The notes under the pieces are model-generated. The model saw nothing but the letters and a program-made list of their open reading frames with translations. It was not told the origin of the DNA and searched no databases. Made by a program: the position numbers and the translations under genes. This document shows positions 16,652 to 25,278 of a stretch of 32,000 bases of DNA, one piece after another. Numbering within the stretch: position 1 is the stretch's first letter; the number at the start of each line of letters is the position of its first letter. Source of the DNA: an uncultured Chloroflexia bacterium (lineage in GTDB: Bacteria > Chloroflexota > Ktedonobacteria > Ktedonobacterales > JADMIN01); the NCBI GenBank assembly GCA_963718915.1, contig CAVRAI010000004.1, positions 60,001-92,000 of the forward strand, given 5' to 3'.

Positions 16652-18099
16652 CTACACGTCGTCATCCCGATTCTGTTCGTCGGGATCGCCATACTCGTTG
16701 ATGGGCATGAAGATCACGTCGCGCACGTAAGGATGAATCCGCAGGCGATTGCTCACCTTCTCTTCCGTGCCAGGAAGCACGTAGGTGAGGAAGCCATGCT
16801 TGCGCGGGATGATGCGGAGCGGGCGCGCCTCATTGGATGAAAGCAGCCGTTGCGCCTGCCCAACGGAGACGCCGGAACGGAAGAAGACCGCGATGCGTCC
16901 CGGCCCCAGGAAAGGCGCCTGCTGGCGCGCGGGATCAGGCTCGAAGCGTCCGACGATGGCCTGCGCGGCGTGTTCCGCCTGATTATGGATCCGCCTGAAG
17001 GCAGGCGCCGCCGCTGATTGGGCGCGCTCGGTCAGGCCACGCGCCGAGGCGGTCAGCCGCCCGAAGACATCGCCCAGGCGCGAGGATGGCGCTGGCTCAT
17101 AGGCTGGAATAGGATGGACACCGCTGGCGCGCGCTTCGTGCTGATAGTCCAATGCTTCTTGCAGGCCTGGGCGCAGATCACTCCACCACTGCCGCACGCG
17201 CTCGGTGACCTGTTTGTCCGTAGTGGGATCCTGCTCGCCCTGCTCTTTGGCGTCTCGTCGGCGGTGTAGCTCCTGGAGGCGTTGCATGCGGGGATCAGGT
17301 AATGCTGTGGGTGGGAGGCCTGAGGGTGGAGCCCCAGGCATAGGCCGACCCTTGGGCGAGGCGTAGCGTTGCAGTCCGGTCCGGTCGGGGCGCGGAATGG
17401 CGCGGCGGTGCAGACTGGCGGCTGCCTCCGGGAGCGTTCCTGGGATGGATGCCCCCGACGCCGGGAGCGGCGGCCAGACGGCTCGTTCGTCGGTGTCGAG
17501 GAAGTGCGGGCGGGCGCTCAGGGCCATACCGGGCGCCAGGGCAACGGTAGGCTGGTCGGCGATGGCCCACTCTTCCTCATCTCTCGCCGCGTAATCGGTC
17601 TCGTCGAGAATCTCATCGTCGAAGAACGTGAATGGTTCCGGCTCTGGCGGTGGTGGAGGGGGTAGCGGCGCGCCGTGCGGATTTGTGCCGCCCCGCGCGC
17701 GCGTGATGGAGGCCAGCGTATGGTGGCGCGGACGCTCTGGCTCAGGTGGCGCGCCGGGCGTGTCCGTGTCATTGGTGTCATCAACGTGCGCGGCGACGAT
17801 GGGCGCGCTCATCTCAGCCGATGGCCCGGTCTCGCCTTCAAGGCTATCCCCGGCGTCGACAATCGCGTGCTCGCCAGACTCCTCAGATTCCGCGGACTCT
17901 TCCGGGACAAGAGGCGCCAGCTCGCGTGTCGCGCGCGAGTCATCCGTGCCTTCGCCTACTTCGTCTGCTATGTCGCTACGTCTGCTATGTCGTCTTCGAC
18001 TGGATCAGCCACCGCGTCCGCGACTGCGGGAGTCTCTTCCAGCGTCACTGCGGGAAGCTCTGTCGTTGTTTTTCCGCTGTCGTTCGATGATTTGGTCAT
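16652..18099 (-). pseudogene. acidic / proline-rich protein gene split by a 17-bp tandem duplication (function unknown)
   Basis: ATG 18099 (GAGGG 7 nt upstream) opens a 43-codon ORF that stops at 17968-17970, inside the duplication. The span 18099-16652 is 1448 nt; removing 17 nt gives 1431 nt (3 x 477) and fuses it in frame to the 386-aa ORF starting at 17812. Composition is continuous across the junction (acidic, then PPPPPPEPEP, then a C-terminal globular part). Confidence 0.6.
17959..17992. repeat. 17-bp tandem duplication (16/17 identical)
   Basis: cttcgtctgctatgtcg (17959-17975) is followed directly by ctacgtctgctatgtcg (17976-17992). Confidence 0.9.
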
Positions 18100-18388
18100 A
18101 CTGATACCCTCAAGCCACTGTCCCAGAACGGCGTGAGCCGTATGATCTGGCTAACCACGGCCCCGTTGCTTGACGCCTTCCTCGTGTCTCTGCACGCCCC
18201 ACGCCGTGGATGCGATGGATGATGCTTACCACAGCATACTTCCATTGTTACTGCGGATGTGCGCCTGCAAGCAGCCCTCAGCACAGGCGGCAAGCGGCGC
18301 GACACCCTGTATAGGGCAAGGTTGCCAGTGGGAGAAATATGCTACTGCGCTATGACCGCGGGATGACGGAATATTCTGTCACCGTGCG

Positions 18389-19531
18389 CTACTCTCCTGG
18401 CTGCCCCAGATAGTTGCTCAGCAATTGTCTGGCGTGACGCGCGACATCCGGTCTCAGCTCGTAGAAGGTCATGCGCTCGCGGTCATAGAGCGTCACCAGC
18501 CCGGCATCGCGCAGTTTCACCATGTGATGTTTGGTCGTGGCCTTGGTCAGATCCATCCGCTCGGCCAGCTCGGTCAGATACATCTGGCGCTCGGCCAGCA
18601 GCCGCAGGATGCGCAATCGCGAGGGGTCGCCCAGGGCGAGGAAGAAGCGCAGCGTCTCTTCGTCGGGCGCGCGCGGGTCGCCACGGCGGGCATCAGGGGA
18701 GGCGTAGATTATTGGGGCACAGAATGTCAGCGTGCCATGCCAGACATGATAGAGGACGGCGGGACGGCAGAAATAGCTGGGGGCAAAGACGATACGTCGC
18801 AGACCAGCCGCGCTTTGCCACTGCACGCCGCGCATTGCCTGTTCGATGAAGGCGTCGGGCGGCATCTCGGCGCGTCGCCGCTCCAGGGCTTCCGCCTCCT
18901 GGCGTAGCAGCGGCAGAATGCGTTCGCGTTCGGCGGCGAAGACCGCATCGTACCAGACATGTAAGGCCGCCAGCAGCGTGTCGCGCGTGCCCTCCAGATC
19001 GTCGAGGACGGCGGCGACGGTTGGGCGCATGTCTTCGGGGTAGCGCGCCAGCAGCCGCTTATAGGCTGCCCCCGCGACGTTGGACGACGCCAGCTCTTCA
19101 AGCGTCGCGGCGAGCAACTCCGCCCAGTCTGGCCCAAGCCCTTCCTGGTCCAGCAGTACCTCGGTCAGTTTCGCCGAGGGCAGCTCGCGCAGCCATGCGA
19201 GAAATTCCAGTGGCTCGCGCGGCTCCGGGCAGCGCCAGACCAGCGAGATGAGCGTGGCGTGCAGTGACCCAGGCCGGCCATCGCCCAGGTGGCGCCCCAG
19301 CACGGTCAGCGCTTCGGGATTCGCCTGGTCGCAGCGTTTGCGCGCCGCCTCGATCCACTCGCGGCCCACATCATAGTCGGCATAGTCATGCTCCGCGGAG
19401 GCGAGTGCGACATGCAGGCTGATGAGAAAATCGTAGGTGACGCTCACCAGTATCTCGACATCGAGAATACGTCCGCGGCGCAGATCAACCGCGCGCGGTG
19501 CGGCGAGGCGTGGATCGGTGCGTGTATCCAC
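18389..19531 (-). CDS. ArsR/SmtB-type winged-helix regulator with a long (about 280 aa) N-terminal domain of unknown function
   Basis: C-terminal HTH FLALGDPSRLRILRLLAERQMYLTELAERMDLTKATTKHHMVKLRDAGLVTLYDRERMTFYEL. GTG start at 19531 with AGGAGAA upstream. Confidence 0.85.
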   Translation of the reverse strand: MDTRTDPRLAAPRAVDLRRGRILDVEILVSVTYDFLISLHVALASAEHDYADYDVGREWIEAARKRCDQANPEALTVLGRHLGDGRPGSLHATLISLVWRCPEPREPLEFLAWLRELPSAKLTEVLLDQEGLGPDWAELLAATLEELASSNVAGAAYKRLLARYPEDMRPTVAAVLDDLEGTRDTLLAALHVWYDAVFAAERERILPLLRQEAEALERRRAEMPPDAFIEQAMRGVQWQSAAGLRRIVFAPSYFCRPAVLYHVWHGTLTFCAPIIYASPDARRGDPRAPDEETLRFFLALGDPSRLRILRLLAERQMYLTELAERMDLTKATTKHHMVKLRDAGLVTLYDRERMTFYELRPDVARHARQLLSNYLGQPGE

Positions 19532-19820
19532 CAGCGTTCTCCTGACTGGGTGACTGCGGCGCGATGAAGTCCATTCCGCCGACCATCACGTCTGGCGACA
19601 TCTGAACGAACGGGCGAGCGCCGTGCGTGCATCGTACCCGCGAGCGCTTGTGTTGTGCAAATCGCTCCCTCAGATGGCTATCACCAGTGTGTGATATATA
19701 TCTTACAGCAGATTTCGCGGGGCCGCATCATGCCCCGATGTGTACGTTGGGATGCGGATGTTACAATAGGCAAAACGGCGTAGTCTCGCACGGTGAGCAA
19801 TTATTCACTCAAGGAGCGAT

Positions 19821-20606
19821 ATGGGCACACAGTGGGCAGTGTTGGTGGCGGCGTTTCTGGCGTCGACCGTCGAGTTTGTCGAGGCTTTTACCATCGTGCT
19901 GGTGGTGGGCATCACCATCAACTGGCGTAGCGCGTTCGCGGGCACAGCGGCGGCGGCGCTGGCGCTGGCGGCGCTCGTCGGCGTTTTTGGAACGGCGCTC
20001 GTGCGCTATGTTCCGCTTGAGGCCTTGCGGTTCGCCGTTGGCGTTCTGCTGGTGCTCTTTGGCCTGAAATGGCTGAAGAAGGCCATTCTACGCTATGCCG
20101 GACTCAAGGCGATGCACGACGAAGAGGCGATCTACGAGGAACAGATGGCGGAGTTGCGCGCGCGCGGCGAGCACCATCAGCAGCGGATCGATCCCTTCGG
20201 CGTCGTGACCTCGTTCAAGAGCGTGCTGCTGGAAGGGCTGGAAGTCGCTTTCATCGTCATCACCTTTGGCTCGGCGGCTGATAGCATCGGCTCGGCCATC
20301 TGGGGCGCGCTGGCCGCAGGTGTGCTGGTCGTGCTGGTGGGGGCGCTGGCGCGCGCGCCGTTGCAGCGAGTGCCCGAGAACACGCTCAAGTTTGTCGTGG
20401 GTATTATGCTGACCAGCTTCGGTACCTTCTGGGGCGGCGAGGGCATCGGCATCACGTGGTGGCGCGAAGACCTCTTTCTGCCGATTCTGGTCGTCTTCTA
20501 TCTCATCGTCACGGGCCTGCTGATTCTCTGGCTGCGCCCATATGCGCCAGCGAAATCCGCCGAGGCCGCCGCGTCGGAATCGGCCGCCAAAGAGGTGATC
20601 TCATGA
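19821..20606 (+). CDS. integral membrane protein with two-fold internal repeat, putative cation transporter
   Basis: 261 aa with about 6 hydrophobic helices. The two halves each begin with an acidic intramembrane motif (STVEFVEAFTIVLVVG and SVLLEGLEVAFIVITFG), joined by a charged loop. AAGGAG precedes the ATG. The family assignment is tentative. Confidence 0.7.
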   Translation: MGTQWAVLVAAFLASTVEFVEAFTIVLVVGITINWRSAFAGTAAAALALAALVGVFGTALVRYVPLEALRFAVGVLLVLFGLKWLKKAILRYAGLKAMHDEEAIYEEQMAELRARGEHHQQRIDPFGVVTSFKSVLLEGLEVAFIVITFGSAADSIGSAIWGALAAGVLVVLVGALARAPLQRVPENTLKFVVGIMLTSFGTFWGGEGIGITWWREDLFLPILVVFYLIVTGLLILWLRPYAPAKSAEAAASESAAKEVIS

Positions 20607-20824
20607 CCGCGATACAACGCGCGCTCAAAGCAACGTATAACTTCTTTTCGGGCGACGCGATTCTGCTGATCGCCACTGCGGTCGCGTTTGTGCTTGGTCT
20701 GTTGCTGGTTCACTCACTGGCCGCGCCCAATCCGCTGGTGGCGGTGGTCTTCGTCGGCTGTATCGTCGGTGGCCTGGCGCTGACGCTGGGGCGCGAGCTA
20801 CGCGGGCGGGCGCGCCAGCGGTAG
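20603..20824 (+). CDS. small membrane protein (two TM helices), translationally coupled to the upstream transporter-like gene
   Basis: ATG 20603 overlaps the upstream stop (ATGA at 20603-20606). 73 aa with helices AILLIATAVAFVLGLLLV and LVAVVFVGCIVGGLALTL. Confidence 0.5.
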   Translation: MTAIQRALKATYNFFSGDAILLIATAVAFVLGLLLVHSLAAPNPLVAVVFVGCIVGGLALTLGRELRGRARQR

Positions 20825-20839
20825 GTTGTTGGCCAGCGG

Positions 20840-21709
20840 TCAGGCAAGCCCCTGCGCGGTCCGTTTGGCCAGCGAATACTGGGCGAAGCCACCACCCAGC
20901 GCGCCATAGACCAGCGCCAACGCGCCCATTATCAGGAAGATCGCCGCGAAGAGGAGCGCGGGCGCTATGAGACAGCCGATACTCCGCAAGAAGCTTTGCC
21001 AGCCGTGCCAAATCGGAATCCATCCCCAGTACAATGACCATGCGCCGTAGATTGCTACAGGAACGAGCAGGAGAAGCCCTGTTGGCGCTGCGCCTGTCAC
21101 GTAGGTTCCTGTGACATCGTTAAGCTGCTGGGTAGGTGTGAAGGCTTTCACGATGAGACTAATTGCGATCCAGCCGCCAATTACAGCGGTAAATATCCAG
21201 CTCCACATAATGAGCCGTTGCGCATGCGCTGGTGTCCGACGTGACGCATGGCTCGGCTGCTGACTTTTAGGGAGCACGGTCGCAGTGGTAGGCATTGGTT
21301 GTGGCGTCGCCGGTTGCGGTTGTGACGCCACGGTCGGCCGCGGAGCAGGTGTCATGATCGGAGTGGATGTTGCGGTCTCCTTGCTCGTTGGTCTGTCCGT
21401 AATGACATCTGTCATGTCAGCGCCAAACGTTACGGCCCCATCGAAGAACACCTGGCTGATATTTGCGCCATGCAGAATTGCACCGCTCAATGTCGCCTGA
21501 GAAAAGTTGCAGCGTGTGAGATCAGCCCCGCTCAGGTTTGCCCCTTTCAGGTTAGCGCGAAAGAAGTTCGCGTCTTTGAGCGTCGCGTTCCGCAGATCAG
21601 CGCCAGCGAGATCCCAGTGGGCAAACATCCGCTGGCCATCGGCGTATGCGGCAAGCAGTTCGGTAGCCGTACGCTGTTGATTGCGCGAAGAATCTAGTTG
21701 CTGCGTCAT
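20840..21709 (-). CDS. pentapeptide-repeat protein with Pro/Thr-rich linker and C-terminal multi-TM domain
   Basis: Pentapeptide run DLAGADLRNATLKDANFFRANLKGANLSGADLTRCNFSQATLSGAILHGANISQ. Then a PT-rich linker and 3-4 hydrophobic helices. GGAGGA precedes the ATG. Confidence 0.85.
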   Translation of the reverse strand: MTQQLDSSRNQQRTATELLAAYADGQRMFAHWDLAGADLRNATLKDANFFRANLKGANLSGADLTRCNFSQATLSGAILHGANISQVFFDGAVTFGADMTDVITDRPTSKETATSTPIMTPAPRPTVASQPQPATPQPMPTTATVLPKSQQPSHASRRTPAHAQRLIMWSWIFTAVIGGWIAISLIVKAFTPTQQLNDVTGTYVTGAAPTGLLLLVPVAIYGAWSLYWGWIPIWHGWQSFLRSIGCLIAPALLFAAIFLIMGALALVYGALGGGFAQYSLAKRTAQGLA

Positions 21710-22026
21710 CGCTACATCCTCCTATGACCCCTGGTACGAAGTGCGGTCAATGCTGCGTGGTCTATTCTAACATAGCAGTCAATATCCCAACCTGGCGGTT
21801 ATACATTTCCCGGCTGGAGCATGAACTGCGTTGATGGGTGCGCCAGCGAAATGAGAGCCATGACTCCTCGACGCATCAGTCTGGCGGAATGCTTGCCCCG
21901 GCGGCCTTGGCGGTGTATACTCGTTGGGAGTATGCCCGCAACCTCGCGCGCAGACCCATGCCACCTCATCTGAAGTTACCTGAACTGGCACGCGCGAACA
22001 GGGCGATAAGGGAGCGATCACCGACA

Positions 22027-22554
22027 ATGAAGGTTATTTTGTTACAGGAAGTCCCCGGACTGGGCAAGCCGGGTGATGTGAAGGAAGTTGCCAACGGCTA
22101 CGCGCGCAACTACCTGTTGCCGCAGCACATGGTGACGGCGGCGACGCCCGGCGAGCTGGCGAATCTGCAGCAGCGCGTGGTGGCGGCTCAGCGGCGCACG
22201 GAGAAGCAGCGCCAGGAGCACGACTCGCTGGCGACGAAACTGGCGGCGGTGACGCTGACCTTCGCGGTGCGCGTCGGGCGGGGCGACCGCCTCTATGGCT
22301 CGGTGACCAGCCAGGATATCGCCAACGCGCTCGAAGAGCAGGAACACCTGACTGTTGATCGCCGGACGATTCAACTGCGCGATCCGCTGCGCACGTTGGG
22401 CACGTTCGAGGTGCCGGTGCGTATTGCGGCAAAGGTCGAGCCGAAGGTGAAGGTGACGCTCGTCGCCAATCAGGAGCTTCCCGCAGCCGAGCAGGAAGAG
22501 TCTGCCGTCACCGAAGCCACCGAGGATGAGGAAGCTGTCTCCGAGGAGGAGTAG
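22027..22554 (+). CDS. rplI: 50S ribosomal protein L9
   Basis: N-terminus MKVILLQEVPGLGKPGDVKEVANGYARNYLLPQ is the canonical L9 signature. Acidic C-terminal tail. The ORF-track extension back to 21838 is rejected. Confidence 0.95.
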   Translation: MKVILLQEVPGLGKPGDVKEVANGYARNYLLPQHMVTAATPGELANLQQRVVAAQRRTEKQRQEHDSLATKLAAVTLTFAVRVGRGDRLYGSVTSQDIANALEEQEHLTVDRRTIQLRDPLRTLGTFEVPVRIAAKVEPKVKVTLVANQELPAAEQEESAVTEATEDEEAVSEEE

Positions 22555-22574
22555 ACTATCTCTGGATCAACCAG

Positions 22575-22615
22575 CGCCCCCGCATTCTGTGCCGAGAGCC
22601 AGAACAGCGGGGGCG
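22575..22615 (+). terminator. probable terminator hairpin after rplI
   Basis: cgcccccgc (22575-22583) pairs with gcgggggcg (22607-22615), and ttctg (22585-22589) pairs with cagaa (22600-22604), with a 10-nt loop. It is followed by aggcgaTTTTcc and starts 21 nt after the rplI stop. Confidence 0.5.
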
Positions 22616-22670
22616 AGGCGATTTTCCCGTGGGTGGGTGAGCGGTTCAAACCACGCCTGAATGGCCTCAC

Positions 22671-22895
22671 TTGCTTCGGTTCGCGAATCTTATAGCGGCG
22701 ATAGGAACCGGGGCGATAGGTTTTGTCGCGCAATGCATCGCGCAGGCGTAGTAGCTCATCTTCGAGACAGTACTCAAAGGTGGCGACATCGGGGCGACTG
22801 CGCTTGCCGCGAGCGGCGCGACGATAGGCAAAGAGCAGATTCTCGAAGGAGCAGAGGCGCTCATAGAGGGAGGGAGTTTCAGGGACATCAGCCAT
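22671..22895 (-). pseudogene. N-terminal 75-codon remnant of a DGR-type reverse transcriptase
   Basis: MADVPETPSLYERLCSFENLLFAYRRAARGKRSRPDVATFEYCLEDELLRLRDALRDKTYRPGSYRRYKIREPKQ follows the N-terminal pattern of DGR RTs (..WENL..AY....GKR......F......L..L...L....Y.P..Y..F.I.EPK.R.I). Similarity stops at EPKQ, before any RT palm motif, and none of the three frames continues it. Own RBS (GGGAGGA) and ATG are intact. Confidence 0.7.
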
Positions 22896-22947
22896 AGGAC
22901 ATCCTCCCACTCGCACGGGATTCCAAACTACCCCTCCGGCGCCTCAC

Positions 22948-22981
22948 AAAAAATTCGCGAATTTTCCGCGCTACGCGCGGA
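22948..22981 (-). terminator. tandem-hairpin terminator downstream of the TIR-TPR-FGE gene
   Basis: On the minus strand: GC hairpin tccgcgc-gta-gcgcgga (22965-22981), then the AT palindrome aaaattcgcgaatttt running into a T-tract (22948-22965). Confidence 0.5.
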
Positions 22982-23074
22982 CAGAGCCAGAGACCCGCAC
23001 GAACATTGCCGCGTTCATTGCATTGATAGTGTAATTCAGTGGATTGAGAAAGCAAGAACCGGAATTAATCACTA

Positions 23075-25192
23075 CTATGAACCAGCCGGGGCGACAACGA
23101 GACGGAAACCAATGTTGTAGTTGAGGCCGACCGGCCTGAAGTTGTCGCGATAGGCCGCGCGCGCGACCTGCTGGATGTTGACCCACGAACCGCCACGCAG
23201 TACTCGATTCTCAGTAGAATTTGCCACCTCCCGGCCATCATTCCCAGTGTAGGGATAGGGCTTGTAGAGGCTGTGAACCCACTCCCAGACGTTGCCCGCC
23301 ATGTCTTCTGCTCCACATGGGCTGGCCCCATTGGGGTAGCTGCCCACTGCCGTCGTAGTTCGTTTGCCACTTTCGTTGGTATTCGCCCGCGACTGGTCGA
23401 ACGTGTCACCCCAGGGATAGAGACGCGCGACGCCCGCACGCTGGTCCCATCGCGCCGCTTTCTCCCACTCCGCCTCGGTCGGCAGTCGCCAGGGCTGTCC
23501 CGTCGTCCGCGCCAGCCAGGCGGCATAGGCGACGGCGTCATCCCACGAAACGTATGTGACGGGATGATCGAGCTTTTGCATCTGGTTGGCCCATTGCTGT
23601 GGCTGGTTGTGCTTTGCGGCCTCGACGAAGCAGGCGTACTCGGCCACCGTCACCGGGAAGCGCGCGATAGAGAAGGCGGCGACCATGATGCGTGATTGCG
23701 GTTGCTCGTTGGCCTGCGCCTGATTGTCACGGCGCGGGTCGCTGCCCATCAGGAACTCGCCCGCGGGCACGGCGCAGACCGGCGGGTTGATGAACTTGAC
23801 ACCGTTCCGCGCCTGAGCGATGAAGCCCAGTTCTGCCAATCGCGCTGAGAAGCGGTCAGGCTTGAGGATCACCAGCAACTCCTGCCGCGCCTGGGTGACG
23901 GCGGCATCATTTGGCGCCAACCGTGTGGCGGCATCGAGGGCAGTGCGCACCTCGTCGGTGGGGTTCTCGCCCGCCAGTTTCCACGCCAGCCGTGCGCGCG
24001 TGAGCCAGAGCGGGGCGGTGGCCTCGGGGCGGGCGGTCAGCGCACGGGCCATCTCCAGCGCCTCAGCGTCGCGTCCCAGCCCGCCAAGCGCCTCCAGCTT
24101 GATTGCCTGCCAGCCCGCGTCGCTCGCGCCCGCCAGGCTCAGCCCCTCGTTGGCCACGCGCAGCAGCGTCGTCCAGTGGGTCTGGGCGCTCGCTCCACTT
24201 TCAGCGCGCGCGACCTCACGCAGCACGCTGGCGTCGATGCGCAGCAGCGCCAGCCGTTGGGCGCGGTCGTTTGTCAGGGTGAGCGCGTCGTCGAGCAGCG
24301 GGAGGGCAGCGGCCTTCTCGCCCAGCGCGATACGGGCATCGGCGGCGGCTCGCAGCGCGGTCACATCGAGCGGGTCGCGTTGCCGCACGGTATCCCAGGC
24401 GGCTTTGGCTCCGGCATAGTCGCGTTCGGCCATCAGCGCCCGTCCCTGCATCGCGTAGACCTCGTTGGGCAGCCGCTCGGCGGGGACGCTACGCTGGATG
24501 AAGGCGGCCAGCCGCGCTACCTGCGGCCAGTCCTGCGCATTGAAGGCATCGCGCAGCTGCGGCAGGAAGCGTGCCAGCAGGTCGCTGACAGGATCGGCTG
24601 GTGTGGCGGGTGGTGTCGTCGGCGGTGTGGGAGCCGGTGCGGGAGGCGCATCGCCGATCCAGCTGGCGATGTGAGCCGTCAGGCGCGCAATGTCGTGGTC
24701 GAAATCGGGATGGCGCCGGATTGGGGTGGCATTGCGATTGGTCAGCTCACGCAGACTCGCGGGCAACCCGTCCGCGTCGGGCATGCGCGCCCCCTGCACC
24801 AGCAACGGAATGAGCAGCAGGCCACTGGCAGGCTCACCCGCCGCATTCACCGGGGCCAGCGCCAGCGCCTGTTCCACCTCAATGCGCACATGATCGGACG
24901 GATCGTTGAGACGGGCCTGTCCAGCATACCGCCCCGATGGCTCGACGACGGTTGGCCACGAGGGGCCAAGCACGATCAGCGCGACACGGCACTGGCGCAG
25001 CACATAATCAACGTATCCCGGAAAGCTGTAGCCCGGCGGAATCCCATCCACATCCATAAAAATGGCCTCGCGACCAAAGCGGTCTTTGAGACGGTCGTAG
25101 ATATGGTCAACGGTCGCCTGGCTATCCTCGCGGCGGTAGGAGATGAAAATCTTGTACGGACTGGGTTGGCCGGGTTGGCTGCCTGCGTTCAT
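23075..25192 (-). CDS. TIR domain - TPR-like repeats - C-terminal FGE-sulfatase/C-type-lectin-fold domain protein
   Basis: 705 aa. N-terminal TIR pattern [39 protein letters not shown]...ALIVLGPSW...[25 protein letters not shown] linker. Ala/Leu-rich TPR-like helices. C-terminal FGE-family motifs [53 protein letters not shown] and RVLRGGSW...NIGFRLVV. There is no Cys pair after GGSW where catalytic FGEs carry one. Confidence 0.9.
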   Translation of the reverse strand: MNAGSQPGQPSPYKIFISYRREDSQATVDHIYDRLKDRFGREAIFMDVDGIPPGYSFPGYVDYVLRQCRVALIVLGPSWPTVVEPSGRYAGQARLNDPSDHVRIEVEQALALAPVNAAGEPASGLLLIPLLVQGARMPDADGLPASLRELTNRNATPIRRHPDFDHDIARLTAHIASWIGDAPPAPAPTPPTTPPATPADPVSDLLARFLPQLRDAFNAQDWPQVARLAAFIQRSVPAERLPNEVYAMQGRALMAERDYAGAKAAWDTVRQRDPLDVTALRAAADARIALGEKAAALPLLDDALTLTNDRAQRLALLRIDASVLREVARAESGASAQTHWTTLLRVANEGLSLAGASDAGWQAIKLEALGGLGRDAEALEMARALTARPEATAPLWLTRARLAWKLAGENPTDEVRTALDAATRLAPNDAAVTQARQELLVILKPDRFSARLAELGFIAQARNGVKFINPPVCAVPAGEFLMGSDPRRDNQAQANEQPQSRIMVAAFSIARFPVTVAEYACFVEAAKHNQPQQWANQMQKLDHPVTYVSWDDAVAYAAWLARTTGQPWRLPTEAEWEKAARWDQRAGVARLYPWGDTFDQSRANTNESGKRTTTAVGSYPNGASPCGAEDMAGNVWEWVHSLYKPYPYTGNDGREVANSTENRVLRGGSWVNIQQVARAAYRDNFRPVGLNYNIGFRLVVAPAGS

Positions 25193-25278
25193 TGTTGTCT
25201 GCTCGCTTGCTATACGGCTATGGCGTCTGGCTGCCCTGCCAGTGTAGCATCAGAACCAATAGTGTTCAAGAGAGCGAG

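Noticed and set aside
19532-19820. 289-nt leader upstream of a cation-transporter-like gene, checked for a yybP-ykoY (Mn) type riboswitch.
   Set aside because: I could not find the conserved GGGGAGUAG-type core or the matching 3' half. Only a small hairpin and an AT palindrome are present.
21838-22026. 63-codon N-terminal extension of L9 in the ORF track.
   Set aside because: The canonical L9 N-terminus MKVILLQEV begins at ATG 22027. The extension has no L9 similarity.
22630-22700. T-loop-like strings ggttcaaacc and ggttcgcgaatc, which suggest a tRNA.
   Set aside because: The flanking bases do not form a T-stem or an acceptor stem, and the region is the coding remnant of the RT.
22896-23074. 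The 179-nt spacer between the TIR-FGE gene and the RT fragment, considered as the DGR template repeat. It shares short blocks with the gene's 3' end (gttcgtg, gggtc, gcgcg, gcgcgg, tcgcga).
   Set aside because: An ungapped codon-by-codon comparison gives only about half identity over 13 codons and then falls to background. The differences are not confined to adenines. The shared GC blocks are explained by the terminator palindromes at 22948-22981. It is not an intact template repeat; at most it is an unrecognisably decayed one.
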